A stretch of 56,812 nucleotides of DNA, counting the filler, from Catajapyx aquilonaris (Eukaryota), in the NCBI GenBank assembly GCA_000934665.2. It is 4 parts of 4 records of this genome, joined end to end, with 100 filler letters (N's around TTAATTAATTAA, not from the genome) between each part and the next. Parts side by side here need not be neighbours in the genome. Positions count along the whole stretch, not along the records: positions 28,444 to 42,614 come from JYFJ02007882.1; positions 42,715 to 56,812 come from JYFJ02007883.1; 2 more parts are not named here. One strand, given 5' to 3'. Shown in pieces: positions 36,817 through 49,000 of this stretch. The notes beneath the pieces are model-generated. The model ran no database searches, had not been told where the DNA came from, and worked only from the letters and a program-made list of their open reading frames with translations. A program made the translations under genes and the position numbers. The first letter of the stretch is position 1; each line of letters opens with the position of its first letter.

Positions 36817-38603
36817 TTATTGTATGTATTGCTCCTCTTGAGACGCTTCAGTACAATCGTAGATGGGCTTGAATGCATCGCAACTACTGGAGGTGACGTT
36901 TCCAGCTTTAAAAAAAAGTGTTACTGTCTTATACAATAAATAATGATAGGCACCAATCATCTGGTCGTAATATTATCCCCCTCTGAAAATGGAGTTATAG
37001 AATGACGTCAAACTTTTATTACGACGTCATTACATTGCAATCCACAATCTGGGGAATATAAATCATAAAACGGCCGAAAAGCAGATGATTGGTCCCAAAA
37101 TGTTGCGATGGACGTACTTGTAGTAGCTTATACATACCGTAATCTTCCCAGCACGTTGTCATTTGCTTAAATATGTCATCTTTTTTTATTCTCTCCTCAC
37201 ATCCTCGGATGAAGGCGCTGATTTTGTGCTCGTCTGGCAGTCCCTCACAATTCAACTGGTGCATGGAAGTAAATATCGTGTCACTAATAGCCTTTCTTCA
37301 GGATGTTCCAATGGAAATGTCTGGTTTAGTAAGATATTTTAGGTACTATCGGGTTCAATTAGTTTCGGCCACTTTATCCTGGTCTTGAAGCAACCCTTCA
37401 CACCCACACACATACCTCCTCACCGTGGGGCCTGTGCCAAAGGTTGCTTCAAGACCAGGATAAAGTGAACTAATTGAACCTGATAGTATTAAACTGCTTA
37501 TTTTATAAAGTTACTTTTGAATAGTTACTTTTAATGGTTATAAAAAGTATTAATAGCTTAAATTAGGCGGAACGTTTTTAACGCCTGCAAGTTTGGCATG
37601 TAAAAATGGGGTTTATCAGACGTTTTATGCTAATGTAGTTCAATGGGTAATTCTCAACCGTATATTGAAATTGAGAGATGATTCAAATCGGCCTAATATA
37701 CTATTAATACTTTTGATCAATATCAACAGTAAACCTGGTTCAAAAGCAATTGATTAAAAGTAAGCAGCTTAGTGCCAAATATTATTAACAAACACAATTT
37801 AATTTCTAACCTTAACATTTTAATTGGAACACCTTACGTACAGTACAGTCAAGGGGTTAACCACTTCAGGCCTACTCCGGTGTACACCTGCAGTGGTACT
37901 CCCATGTACTCCTTAGGTACCTTACTCTTTGGCACTCCTTGGTACTCAGAATTTGGTACTGTACGCCAGTGTATACACTTCACAGTCGAGTGGTTAACCC
38001 CTTGAGTACATTATACGCTCCTGGTATCGTAGAATGGAAGTGTTATTGCCACGTAACAAAACTTACCAAATTGTAGGCATCCATGACACATTTCACCATG
38101 CACTATTAGTAAACAAAGAAAAATATGTTACATGCTTGTTGTTTTAGTCAATACATGAATACATGTTACATGTACAAGTATGCCCAAAACAAATTGCATG
38201 ACATTTAGGCCTGCTTACCACCTTCGTCTCGTGATTTTCCTTGTCGCACTTATCTAATGCCATATCTTCATCTTCTTCCGTAGGACACTAAAAAGGGTGC
38301 GAATACAGAAACTGAAATGACCTTTGAAATTATGATATTTATCTCACAGAACATAATGTCAACACTATCGGTTATAACTTAAATAATGATCAAATCCATA
38401 ATCAGAGTAGAAAATTGTGATTATAAAAGTTCAATTTGACTTTTTAAAGAAGTTTGAGAGTGGTTCATGTAAGCATACCGTATTTCAAAAAATATCAGCT
38501 ACTTGCTCTTACTAGCATATAAAATTATTGAACTTGGGCCTACCTTCGCGCACACAAAGGCGACGCCACATATTGTAACTACCAGAATCAATGCAGCTTT
38601 CAT
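36817..38603 (-). CDS. Secreted OBP-like protein, 8(+1)-Cys type, cluster gene C (123 aa)
   Basis: Exons (-) 38603-38544, 38287-38219, 38102-38067, 37255-37138 and 36905-36817; internal exons 69/36/118 nt; phases 0,0,0,1. Protein: MKAALILVVTICGVAFVCAK/CPTEEDEDMALDKCDKENHETKV/CMVKCVMDAYNL/LNCEGLPDEHKISAFIRGCEERIKKDDIFKQMTTCWEDYA/GNVTSSSCDAFKPIYDCTEASQEEQYIQ*. Confidence 0.87.
37343..37489. mobile_element. Small hairpin MITE in an intron of OBP-like gene C
   Basis: TACTATCGGGTTCAATTAGTT..CACTTTATCCTGGTCTTGAAGCAACC pairs with GGTTGCTTCAAGACCAGGATAAAGTGAACTAATTGAACCTGATAGTA. Confidence 0.7.
37849..38005. mobile_element. Small MITE with 17-bp TIRs in an intron of OBP-like gene C
   Basis: TCAAGGGGTTAACCACT...AGTGGTTAACCCCTTGA; the interior is rich in GGTAC/GTACT motifs. 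Confidence 0.65.
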
Positions 38604-40910
38604 GATGGTTGACAGCCTTTCTACTTCTGTAACAGAACTGCAGACGGAGCTGTCATTTTATAGCCATTTGGTATGCCTTTGACCCTATCGATGGCACCAT
38701 GCGGAGGAAGTCAGCTTTTGCGTCAGCAGGGGTCAAACAGGAATAGGATTTTGCTGAGTGACACACACTCATCATTAACTCGTGTTCTGTACAATATTCT
38801 TTGCGCGTCGAACCGAAAACCGGTCATTGCAGCATGGCCCAAATATACCTGATCATGGTAAGTCAACGGAAGAGGTTGGGAGATACATCACGATATGTTT
38901 TGACGACCAGTAAGCAACCTGTAATTAGGATATGAATACAGGCATTATAATCATGTTCGAATGTACAAAGAAGAGTCGGTTTCAGTTGGACATATAGGCA
39001 CCTGCTTTAAACCAGTTAACGCCTTTCTGCGTCATATCCGCATGCTTATAATTATTTTGAAACCAACGTGCGTCACAGTTGTAGACAGAAATGAAGTCTG
39101 ACAATTACTTATTTTTATATCCAGGGCCAAAGGAAACATTAAAAGAAACTACTCTATTTGTGGCAGTAGCCTACATTGATTATGGGATATGCTTGACAGG
39201 GTCATCATCTGACTTGTAGGCTATTTGGACGTATTAGGCTTCGATGGCATATACAGCAAGTATTCGGGTCTTTTTATAGTTATCGAAAAATCGCCCGAAG
39301 CTGTTATTTTTGGTAGACGCAAAAAGCTGCACAAAAATAACAACAGGCGAAAGTGATAACTATAAGAGGATACTTTGAATACTTTATGCCACTGCATTTA
39401 AATTCTTCATTCATGGAATACCGGGAGGCTATATCTGAAAATCTGAAGTGGGGAAGGATTTTCAGCACAATAATTTGAAGATATTGATGGTTGCATTATT
39501 CCTTATGGGATATAATATGTTGAAACATTCCTTTACGGAACTGTTATTGTTCTATCAGAAACTGACTGGCCCATCAGCGAGTAGTTTACACGCCTCACTA
39601 CATTACACAAGGCCTATAATAAGTATAACAGAATTTTCAACGATAATGTGACTCTGAGCGTTTTGCATTTCAGGTCTTCATCATTCCGTAAATGGAGCAG
39701 GCCTGCAGCAAATTTTCCCATGCCATGATCCACGCCCTGCGCCGGTCTCTCTAATATTAGGGTATGTTAGCATAGCATGTGCCATATTTTTGACTGAGGA
39801 ATACAAAAAATGAGGCCAGTGTACCGTAGCGTTTCCTGCAACCTATACATGGTGCTTATAAACTAAGTGTACATATTTTAATGCGAGATACGGTACAACA
39901 AGACAAACCTTTTTTGACAATTAATGTACTGTATGTCCGCTGATATCCTTCGCTATACCAGTTGCGTTGGCGACAGCGATTCTTGCTACGGGGAAGATAC
40001 ACGAGGGCCGTAAGAATAATTTTAGTACGGCCCTCGTATATAGCGTATCAAAATTTGCTATTTTAAATTTTTTGCGAAATTTTCAAATTGGAAAACTGGA
40101 AATAAAATCTTTCAAATACTTAAATAAACTTCGCGGAAGCAGTGGGCGGTACGTGCCAGAGAAGTTAGCAATTCGCTGGACAAAATTTCCGACTTCAACA
40201 TGTCATGCAACCAGGTAGTGCCAGTTCTCTTTTTGTACGTACGTGTTACACAGTAGCTAAACGTGACAGTTGCGACTTGTTGCGTGCTGCTGATTCCACA
40301 ATGACCCTCTGCTGATCAAAATAGGATGAGGATGGAATTTTGTTTGCGTTATACAGAGATACAATGAAGAATAAGGTGATACCGGTGCAGCTGCATACAG
40401 GGAGGTTTCCAGAGATACATAATATACAGGGTCATCGAAAAATAATGTCCCAATTTTAAAACCATATAACTCGAAAACTTGTAGATACGTATCTAAATGA
40501 TTTAAGTTTTGAAATGGTAAGAAAGGTCTAAAGTTTTAGTCTCATCAAAGTTTTTTTCGATATGAACTGCATTTGTCGCTCAAAAAATATAAATACGATA
40601 ATCGGTGTCGTGCCTAACCCAATCAGACATGTCTGGAGTCACCATAGGTGCTGGAGATGGTGGATGCGCGGATCCTTTCACCATGCATGTATCTCCACAA
40701 AAAAGTCCATCGGCAGTGGCGTACCAAGAGGATTTGGCACCCGGGGCGACAGGGAAGAGAGACCCCCCCCCCCCCNCCCACACTCACACACACACAGGAA
40801 TAAGGGGAATAAGGAGAGAGCAAAGCTGCCCGCTGCAGGCGCAAAAAAAATGTTCAAGGTCACACAAGCTTAGGTGAATGTAACTGACAGAGTAGAGTGG
40901 ACTTCTCCTA

Positions 40911-41385
40911 TTAGGGGGTACGGCAGTGCCCCCGCCAAGTTCTCGCCGCACTGCCCACCTTTACCCGACACAACTCACGTTATTTTGACCCCCTCGAATC
41001 TTCGCACTGGTGAACATATAGGTGGCTTCAAAATTTTTATTTGGGTAGATAAAAATCGATTAAAAAGAATGCCCCCTTACTTCCATGTTCACATCTCTTT
41101 TCATTTCCGACTTAAAAAATCCTAAAAACTCCCTAATCGGCCAAAATATGACACTCACTCACTGACTCACTCACTGATCATCAAAATTATACGTAACTTC
41201 CAGTGGTCCTAGGCTGCTGAAATTTGGTATGCTGGTAGAGCTTGTCAAAAAAACATCAGAATAAATCTGAAAACGGCACTTCTTTTAGTCAAAATGCTCA
41301 AAAAAAAATATTTTCACTAAGTCTGCTGCTCTGACCAGATGCGGCATTTTTACCACGGATTACTTTTTACTTTGAAATTCCAGTT
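40911..41385 (+). mobile_element. DINE/HINE-like non-autonomous element fragment
   Basis: Hairpin GGGGGTACGGCAGTGCCCCC, then a (CACT)n microsatellite at ~41152-41175, then GCTGAAATTTGGTATG, a layout typical of insect Helitron-derived repeats. Confidence 0.5.
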
Positions 41386-41767
41386 ATGCTGGTGTTCCTC
41401 TGCCTTCCCCACGTTCTCATCTCCTCACCCCCTCCCTCCCCCCCCCCCCTCCTGCATACCGACCAGACTTATCCATCCTCAAAAGGGCTAATAAGGCATT
41501 GNGGGGGGGGGGGAAAGTGCTACCAATTTCATCTAATACACACCCATTCAAATCTCCCATATTCACCTAAGCTCGTGTGACCTTGAACCCGAAAAATTTC
41601 GCCTGCGGCGGACCTCCCCGCCTCCCCCCCTAACTGGATTCCTGGCTACGTCACTGCCGCTAGCTATCTGACTGAAGCTGCGATTGCATTTCATACAAAT
41701 ACAACTACAAATACCCAAATACCTAAAATACAAAATAATACAAAAAAATTAGAGGTCATCAACAGCC

Positions 41768-42197
41768 TATGTGTACAGGGAACAATTCCCAATTTGTGTG
41801 GCGTATGCCATTACCATACAAAGGACAGAGCCAAGGCCTGAGTCTCACTAATGCACTCATCGATATGGGTTCCTCTGTCTTCTCGTGCGGTCAAGCCTAC
41901 GTGGCTCTTTCCAGAGTTAAAAGTATCAATCGAGTGCATCTCATCAGTGCCTCCTTTACTAACATCAAGGCTCAAGAGTCAGCTATTCTGGAGTACGATA
42001 GATTGAGATCTATTTACCGACCAGACTTATCCATACTCAAAAGGGCTAATAAGGCATCGACAGAAGTGGTTAAGGATCGCGAATGGGCTATGCGATCAGG
42101 TGTAGCAGATGTCCAATTCGCACAGCCAGAACAGAAAAAAAGAAAGCGTAATATGAGAAAGCAGAAGAAAATCATACCTATTCAGAGGAAAAGATAG
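41768..42197 (+). pseudogene. Pif1-family (Helitron-type) SF1 helicase C-terminal relic with frameshift
   Basis: YVYREQFPICVAYAITI in one frame, then after a frameshift near 41820 SQGLSLTNALIDMGSSVFSCGQAYVALSRVKS. Together these match the Pif1/Helitron motifs RxQFPxxxAxAxTIHKSQG and GQxYVALSRV. Confidence 0.8.
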
Positions 42198-42614
42198 AGT
42201 TTTACATGCTTTCATATATAACCTACACATTTTGCTCTAAGTTATTCATTACCTTAATTGGAATATTTAACGGACCATTGCTTCCACGCCCAACCGTAGG
42301 GGGCTCCCCGAGCTATCTTAATATTATCCTACACTCCTGCCTACAAAAAGAGGCGAGATCCCACCAAAAACCTTTCTGTAAAAAAAAGGCCAAGTTCTCC
42401 TGACTGCTTGGCCGTCAAAAGTGGTGAGATCTGAAATACGGCCAAGTTCAACGTCGTTGTCAATTACTGGCATTCTCAACTTCTTCAACCCAAACCACTA
42501 ACTTTGTTTTTCCAGGTCGACCTTAAGTTTAATCATCAAAACATTTTAATGGACTTTCTCCTGATGTGACTTGGCCATTGCTCTTAAAACATTGAAAGAG
42601 TTGTAGAATTCAAC

Positions 42615-42714
42615 NNNNNNNNNNNNNNNNNNNNNNNNNNNNNNNNNNNNNNNNNNNNTTAATTAATTAANNNNNNNNNNNNNNNNNNNNNNNNNNNNNN
42701 NNNNNNNNNNNNNN
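42615..42714. other. Synthetic 100-nt contig spacer
   Basis: N44-TTAATTAATTAA-N44. Confidence 0.97.
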
Positions 42715-43068
42715 GGGGGGGGCGAAATTTTCTCTGGGGCGAAATTTGTTGACTTCTCCTCCCACGATTTTCTATCTAGACACGGCACTGACCATAATAG
42801 CATCATTATGTTGCTAACAATATCGAATTTATATCCCGTTGATTCTAAGCCATTATTCTGACTACGTTTCTTCGTCCAAGTGGCGAAACTATCATACGGC
42901 CTGACAGCTTTATTGCTAACAATCATTTTGGCCACAGCTCCTTTTCCTTCCGCCGCAAAAGGAACCGCCCCTTCCAACCGGCGTTGAACCATTCATTGTC
43001 CACTACCTGTCCTCCGAGTAGCAGACTCTCGAGAAAGTTGTGTAACGGTATATATAGACCTACCGTAC

Positions 43069-46000
43069 CTCATAGTATGCCAGGAATCCTCCTTCTCTGG
43101 TGTACACGCCTGCTTGCCCTCCGCCTGAGGTCGGGGAATTGACCTTAAAATTGCTCCTGTTAGACAAAGTGAAAGAGCGGCCATATGTTGGCATTCCTAT
43201 AATCAGCTTTTCTTTAGGAGCACCCATACGAGCCCAGAGGGTTGCAGCATGATCCACACACAACTGCTTACGCCAATCAGAATCGGATGATGGTGCGAAC
43301 AAAGGTGCGTTGTGACCAGCTTGAGATTCCCACTTTCCATGGAAATCGTAAGCCATGACGTTAATGAAGTCCAAGTAGCTGAAAATATTTCAGTTTAGAT
43401 CAAGTTAGAAGACACTCATGGTAGTTTCCCTCACCTGGCAACAGCGGGGACATCATAACCACTTCGGATGTTGTCGGGTCCTACTGGAACAGCAGCAGTT
43501 AGAAGAAGTCGAGGTTTCTTTGCTTCCTGAGATTCAGCTTCGAAGGCCTCTCGAAGCTCTGAAATAATTGACAGGATATTATTAACATATTTAAGGAGCT
43601 GCATTGTTACAACCACAACTACTGTGGACAAGTAAGCAGTGGGCCAAAAATTTCCAGTATTTTTTAAAGAATTAATTGCAAAATTGTTTAAATCTAATTA
43701 TTTTGTTACAGAACTTTAACCTGCAACATAATAATGATAGTAATGGATACCCCGTGATAGGCCTCCTTGGGCTTTTTAGGGGATCATCTTTTAATTGACC
43801 GACTTTAATCATTGCCTGCGCTGTGATGGATTTTGATTGTGGGAGGAAACGGGAGAACCTCGAGAAACTCCACGCGAACACGGAGAGAACCCATCGAAAC
43901 TCTATCCACATATTAAGTATCCTCCGTCCGACCCGGGGATCGAACTCGGGACCTTAGAAGTGGAAGGCTGCGGCGCTAACCACTCCGCCACCCTTTTAAC
44001 CTACAATATATTCTTTATAGGAAACATGTTTTCAAGTATCAATGAATGACAAAGACCTCGAGAGTTGCTCCAAAAATAATCTCCAATACCCTTGAATGCA
44101 GATGTCAAAGTTGACAGTCTAGCTGATAAAATCGTAAAAGGTATACGGGTGTTCTTTTTTGCAAAAGTCCTTCAGCGAATGTTTTTCGCTTACTAAAGGT
44201 CTGTGTGAGTAGGACAAATATTTTATTGCAATCAGTGTTGATCAGTTAAATTGTATAAGTAGTCTACTGGTCCTCCTTGACCTTATGAAATTCATATTTA
44301 CTCGGCTTTTTCTTCGTGTTCGAAGCTGCTTGGAAACTCAGAAGTGGCTTCTCAAATGACCTCGAGGAATTATATAATTTGGCACAAATATTTTAACACA
44401 TTAAAAGGTATGCGTTTTTTCCTAGTGTTATACAAATGCAAGCGCTCATCTGTTTGCTTTCACTTCTTTGCCAAAAGAAACTGGTACAGGTACCCAAGTG
44501 CCCACAACACTGCATACAAATCCAGTATTTGGAAATGTATGATTAACTCCTTTCCGAGACAATTTCGCAAACCCGAGGAAAGCCTCGCATTGGAACAAAT
44601 ACTCTTCCTGACCTCGTCCTTTTCGTCTTTCTCTTGGCCCACTTTCCTCTCTTTCACCTGTCACCGGGAAATATTCCTGCCTAATCTATCCTCTTTCCTT
44701 CTTGTGACTGACCGTGTGTGTCCAACACGTTTCACATCTATATGGCACTCCCGGCTTGCTTCGATTCTGCTCATTGGACTTGCCATAACACTTCGCCAAC
44801 ATATAGGGTACAATTAAGTCGCCCAGGTGAGGAGGGTTCGATCATTAATTTTTAAACCTCTTTTAAAAGCAGAGTAAACATGGAACAATATGTTTTCTCT
44901 AAAGTATTGTAGCAATACACTATATGGACTGCGAAGCTATTCACAAATAATGTTCATAAAAAATGTAGCTACTAGTCAAAGTTAGGTTTATACATCGAAT
45001 TGATAATCACTTGTAAGCAAGTGCAACTGGAATTTATACATAGCATAATGTGTACAAGGTCTTCGACACAGAAGTACAGAACTGAGCAAGGGCCACTTAA
45101 AAGATTGAGAGGAAGAAAGTGCGGTAATTCTTTGATCCTACCGCGTTTTGCATTGTGAACCTAGATCTTCACGGAAGTTTTTTTCGCTATATGCTCAGAG
45201 ACACTTTTCCTGGACTTTGCGGCTTTTCTTCTGGGCCACTCAACTATGAATTTGAGATTTGTTTCATTGTTGCTAACCAGGGGTCAGTCCTCTTTCGGAA
45301 ATGTAGGCCTAATAGCAGCAAAATCAAATTTAACCTATCGAAAGTTACTTCAATATTGTACAAGGAGACATTTAAAATAATTCAAATTATTTAAATAAAA
45401 TAATGACAATTTTTAATCTGCTGAAACATTTACACTATGATGCTAGTAAAGCTGTGTTACGATGTGTTACTATGGTGGTTAAGAAGGTCAAAGCTCTCAA
45501 GAAAATATTACGTTGTTGCTTTACTGACGCCCCTATACGTTTATTTCCTAGTTATTTCCTCGTGTTGATACGTGACAATTAGGATCAATAAACGTATAAA
45601 TTTCACCGCCAGAATGCACCTTTGGCTATTGGAACAGATGACATTCAGTTCCAGCTTGAATGTCAGTGTTTCACATTAATTAGAAAAACTCATCAAGCTC
45701 AGTGCAGTGGTATGGTACGACTTCATGTATAGGGTTGGATAAGAACAAGCTGAACATGCTTTTGTAATTCCTACCAGTGCCTTACCCACCTTACATAATT
45801 AGACGAGATATGGTTCCTTAATATTTTCTCCATCTTGTCAAATGAAACTGCACTTTTTTCCCATGCAAGGAAGGGAAGAATTTCAACACCGCGACTGGAT
45901 ATAACTTATCACTTATACACCGCGTTTTTGGGTGCAGTCGAAAATTTCCTGTCCTCGGCAGAGGTGGTGTTGCGGAGTAGCCTACGCTACGATTCGACTT

Positions 46001-49000
46001 GGGCAGATGTATCATACATAAGGAAGATTGGGGGCAATATTTGTACTATATACTACAAGTAGAAGGACACAGTAGGCCTATTGCCGAAGTATATATTTTT
46101 CCTTGCTATTCCTTAAATTGTACTACAGGTTTCATTGCCATTCAAATCAAAATTATAATTCTGTAAGTTTCCCAGTGCTAGACAAAAATTGCAATTTTCC
46201 GTCGTACACGACTGAATTTTTGGCAGTCAAATAACACAGGCAAAAACTGCGTTTCATTTTTTAATCTTATATTGTGGTGCACAGCAAAAAGGATCATGCA
46301 ACAGATTTTCACTAGCCCCATTTGAATATTGAAAGGGCACTTGCGTTAGTAAGCATCCACACTTCATGTATCATATGCCATCTGCTTGTAAAGAATGAAT
46401 TTTTAATACTTAGGGCCGGTTTCATCAAGCCCAGTTTTGATAAAACCTCGGTTCTTTCGGAAAATCCCTGCAAATAGAATAGGGATTTTCCCGGGTTGGA
46501 TCAAAACCGGGCTTGGTGAAACCAGCCCTTAGACTATTTTACTATATATTTTTTTTAGAATTCCTGCTGTGCTTGTGGATTATTTTAAAACATTTTATCA
46601 CAATTTGACATAAATGATCGGACAAGATCTAACCTATCTACGTTGCATCTTCGTAATGTAAACACCGTACACGGTAACGTATTAAAAATAAACTAAAATA
46701 CCGGTATATCATCATTCTATTGGAAGCATCTTATGGCATGTGGTAGTAACGCCAACTTGAAAATGTTGAGAAGTACTGTGCCCTCTCTGGTTATGCTACC
46801 CCAAAAGTCGGCTGTGGCATTCATGCGTCAACATGGGAATTACCGGTAAGTTACATTATACCATATGTAACCTAATATGGCATCCTGCTGGCGAGGCAAC
46901 TCGACTAGCTAGTAGTACTGTATAATAATAATAATTAGCAGCACTTTGTCATTAGTATGGGCATATCACTAAAACTTAATGAACAGAGATTAAATATGGC
47001 AGGAAGTCTATAAAACTATACAAATAGAGAAATGTGAGCATCGCATACAGGAGCCTATTTTGAATATCATCTACACCGACATGACATATCAGTGCAGATT
47101 CTGACTTTCTCAAATGTACTAAAATGACATGGTTCATTAGTTTGCTCGATCTGTCCTTAATTCTCCAGGGTAGACAGGTACATAAAATAATGAACCAAAG
47201 AAATGGAAATGAAATCGAAGATGGTAAGACGATTGTAACTGAACACGAGCCGTTTTCGATTTTCACTGTTCAATTGGACGTTTATCATGACCAGATATCG
47301 GACACACCCACCCCCTTGAAAATATCTGCCATCACTCCAAGCGACACCACTTTGTCACCAGTCGCTCGCCTTTCTTCGGCGTAATAATTGTCTAATCTTA
47401 CAGACATCTTAACAGTTTTCACCAGCTCCGTTTGCATACACGAACCAAAGCATGCGTTTTCACTCCACCACCCATCACTTTCACTTTCTTTCATAGGAAC
47501 CAGCATTAATTGCTGGTTAGGGCGATAGTGAACCGGGAGTGAAACCCATCGGAAGAACCCGTTAGTGATTAATGATCACGCCGGCCAAGGCTAAGTTCCT
47601 TCATCTCACGACTAGACCGGCTCTTCCTTCCTTCCTTCCTGATCAATCAAGAGTAATATTTAATTGGTACACACTACTTTACCTTTGAGTAGAAGGACAT
47701 AGTTCCTCTTGTCGTCCGAGCCTTTTGGATACTCCCAGTCGATGTCGAGTCCGTCGAATTGTCTTTCACGAAGGTACGGGATGGAGGAGAAGACGAACGT
47801 CTGTCGAGCGTAACGCGACGATGACATGTCCTTAAATTTTTGCGTTCCGAAGGACCAGCCACCTGTTGAGAAATTATAAGCAAATCTCCGGATACGCATT
47901 AAGCCTCCAAAGTTTGTTTATGACCACATTATAGAAGTTATTAGAACCCACTTGACTCGTGCTCATGTACCTCTGCTGGGAATTGAACCCAGGTCCATGC
48001 CCAGAAAAGCATGTGTTCTGCCACTAAACTACAGAGGTTGTCGAGTCGAGTCTTCCCCTGCACCTTGCTTCTTACCTGGCTATGGCTACAGGTGTCGAGA
48101 AAACCGAGAAAAATAAAATTTTGTGGACTTTCAACAGAAAACTATAACATACTCATAATTTTACGTTAAAACACTGAAGGCAATTTAATTGCTTATATTG
48201 CTGTCTAGTACGATAACTTATGTAGTTCATATCGTCTTCTACAACCAATTAATAACTAATAAATTTAATTTTTGACACCAATTATGAGGTCCTACTTTTG
48301 TGATTGTCGATGATAATAATATTCCCTTTAGTATTTAGCTTTCATTCGTGGAATGTTGTGTAGGTGACCAATGTAGTATTGATCAGTAAAACATTATATA
48401 TGTTGTGTACAGAAGACTATATGGGAAGGGAAATGAAAGTGCGGAAATGGAATAATTCGGACCACTCACCAATGGCTAATAGCACTTTCAGCTTTGGGCT
48501 GGCCTTCTTGAGATTCATGATGCGTTCGTACAGACCCACTTTGCCATCCTTGGTTTCATCGTTGGTCTCAAAGGATGACAACCTGCCCTTCTTCAGCCAT
48601 CCAAAGGCGAATATGATGTGTGTGCACAAATCGGGCTCGATGTCCTCCGGAAGGAACTTACCCACCTTCGGCCTGTGGAACAACAAGACTCTCATCCAAT
48701 ACAGGTCACAATAATGTTTATCAGATGGCTTATTATTAGAATCCGGTGACTCATCTCGTACCTGTACTGAGACCAGTTTGTGTAGTAACAGACAACCTTG
48801 TAGTCCTTCCCCTTGAGACTAGGGCTGGCAGTGTTGGTGTCTCTTGAAACTGTCAGGGAATTGGCAGACACCCTGCTTTTTAAAGAATGTACACGGTTGA
48901 TGCTGGCTGATGGCTGCTGGTCACGTGGCCGAGTCAGCGGTCGCCGTAAGCGTCTTCTTGTTGTCTGAGCTGAAAATATTCCGGTTTCAAAGTCAGTGGA

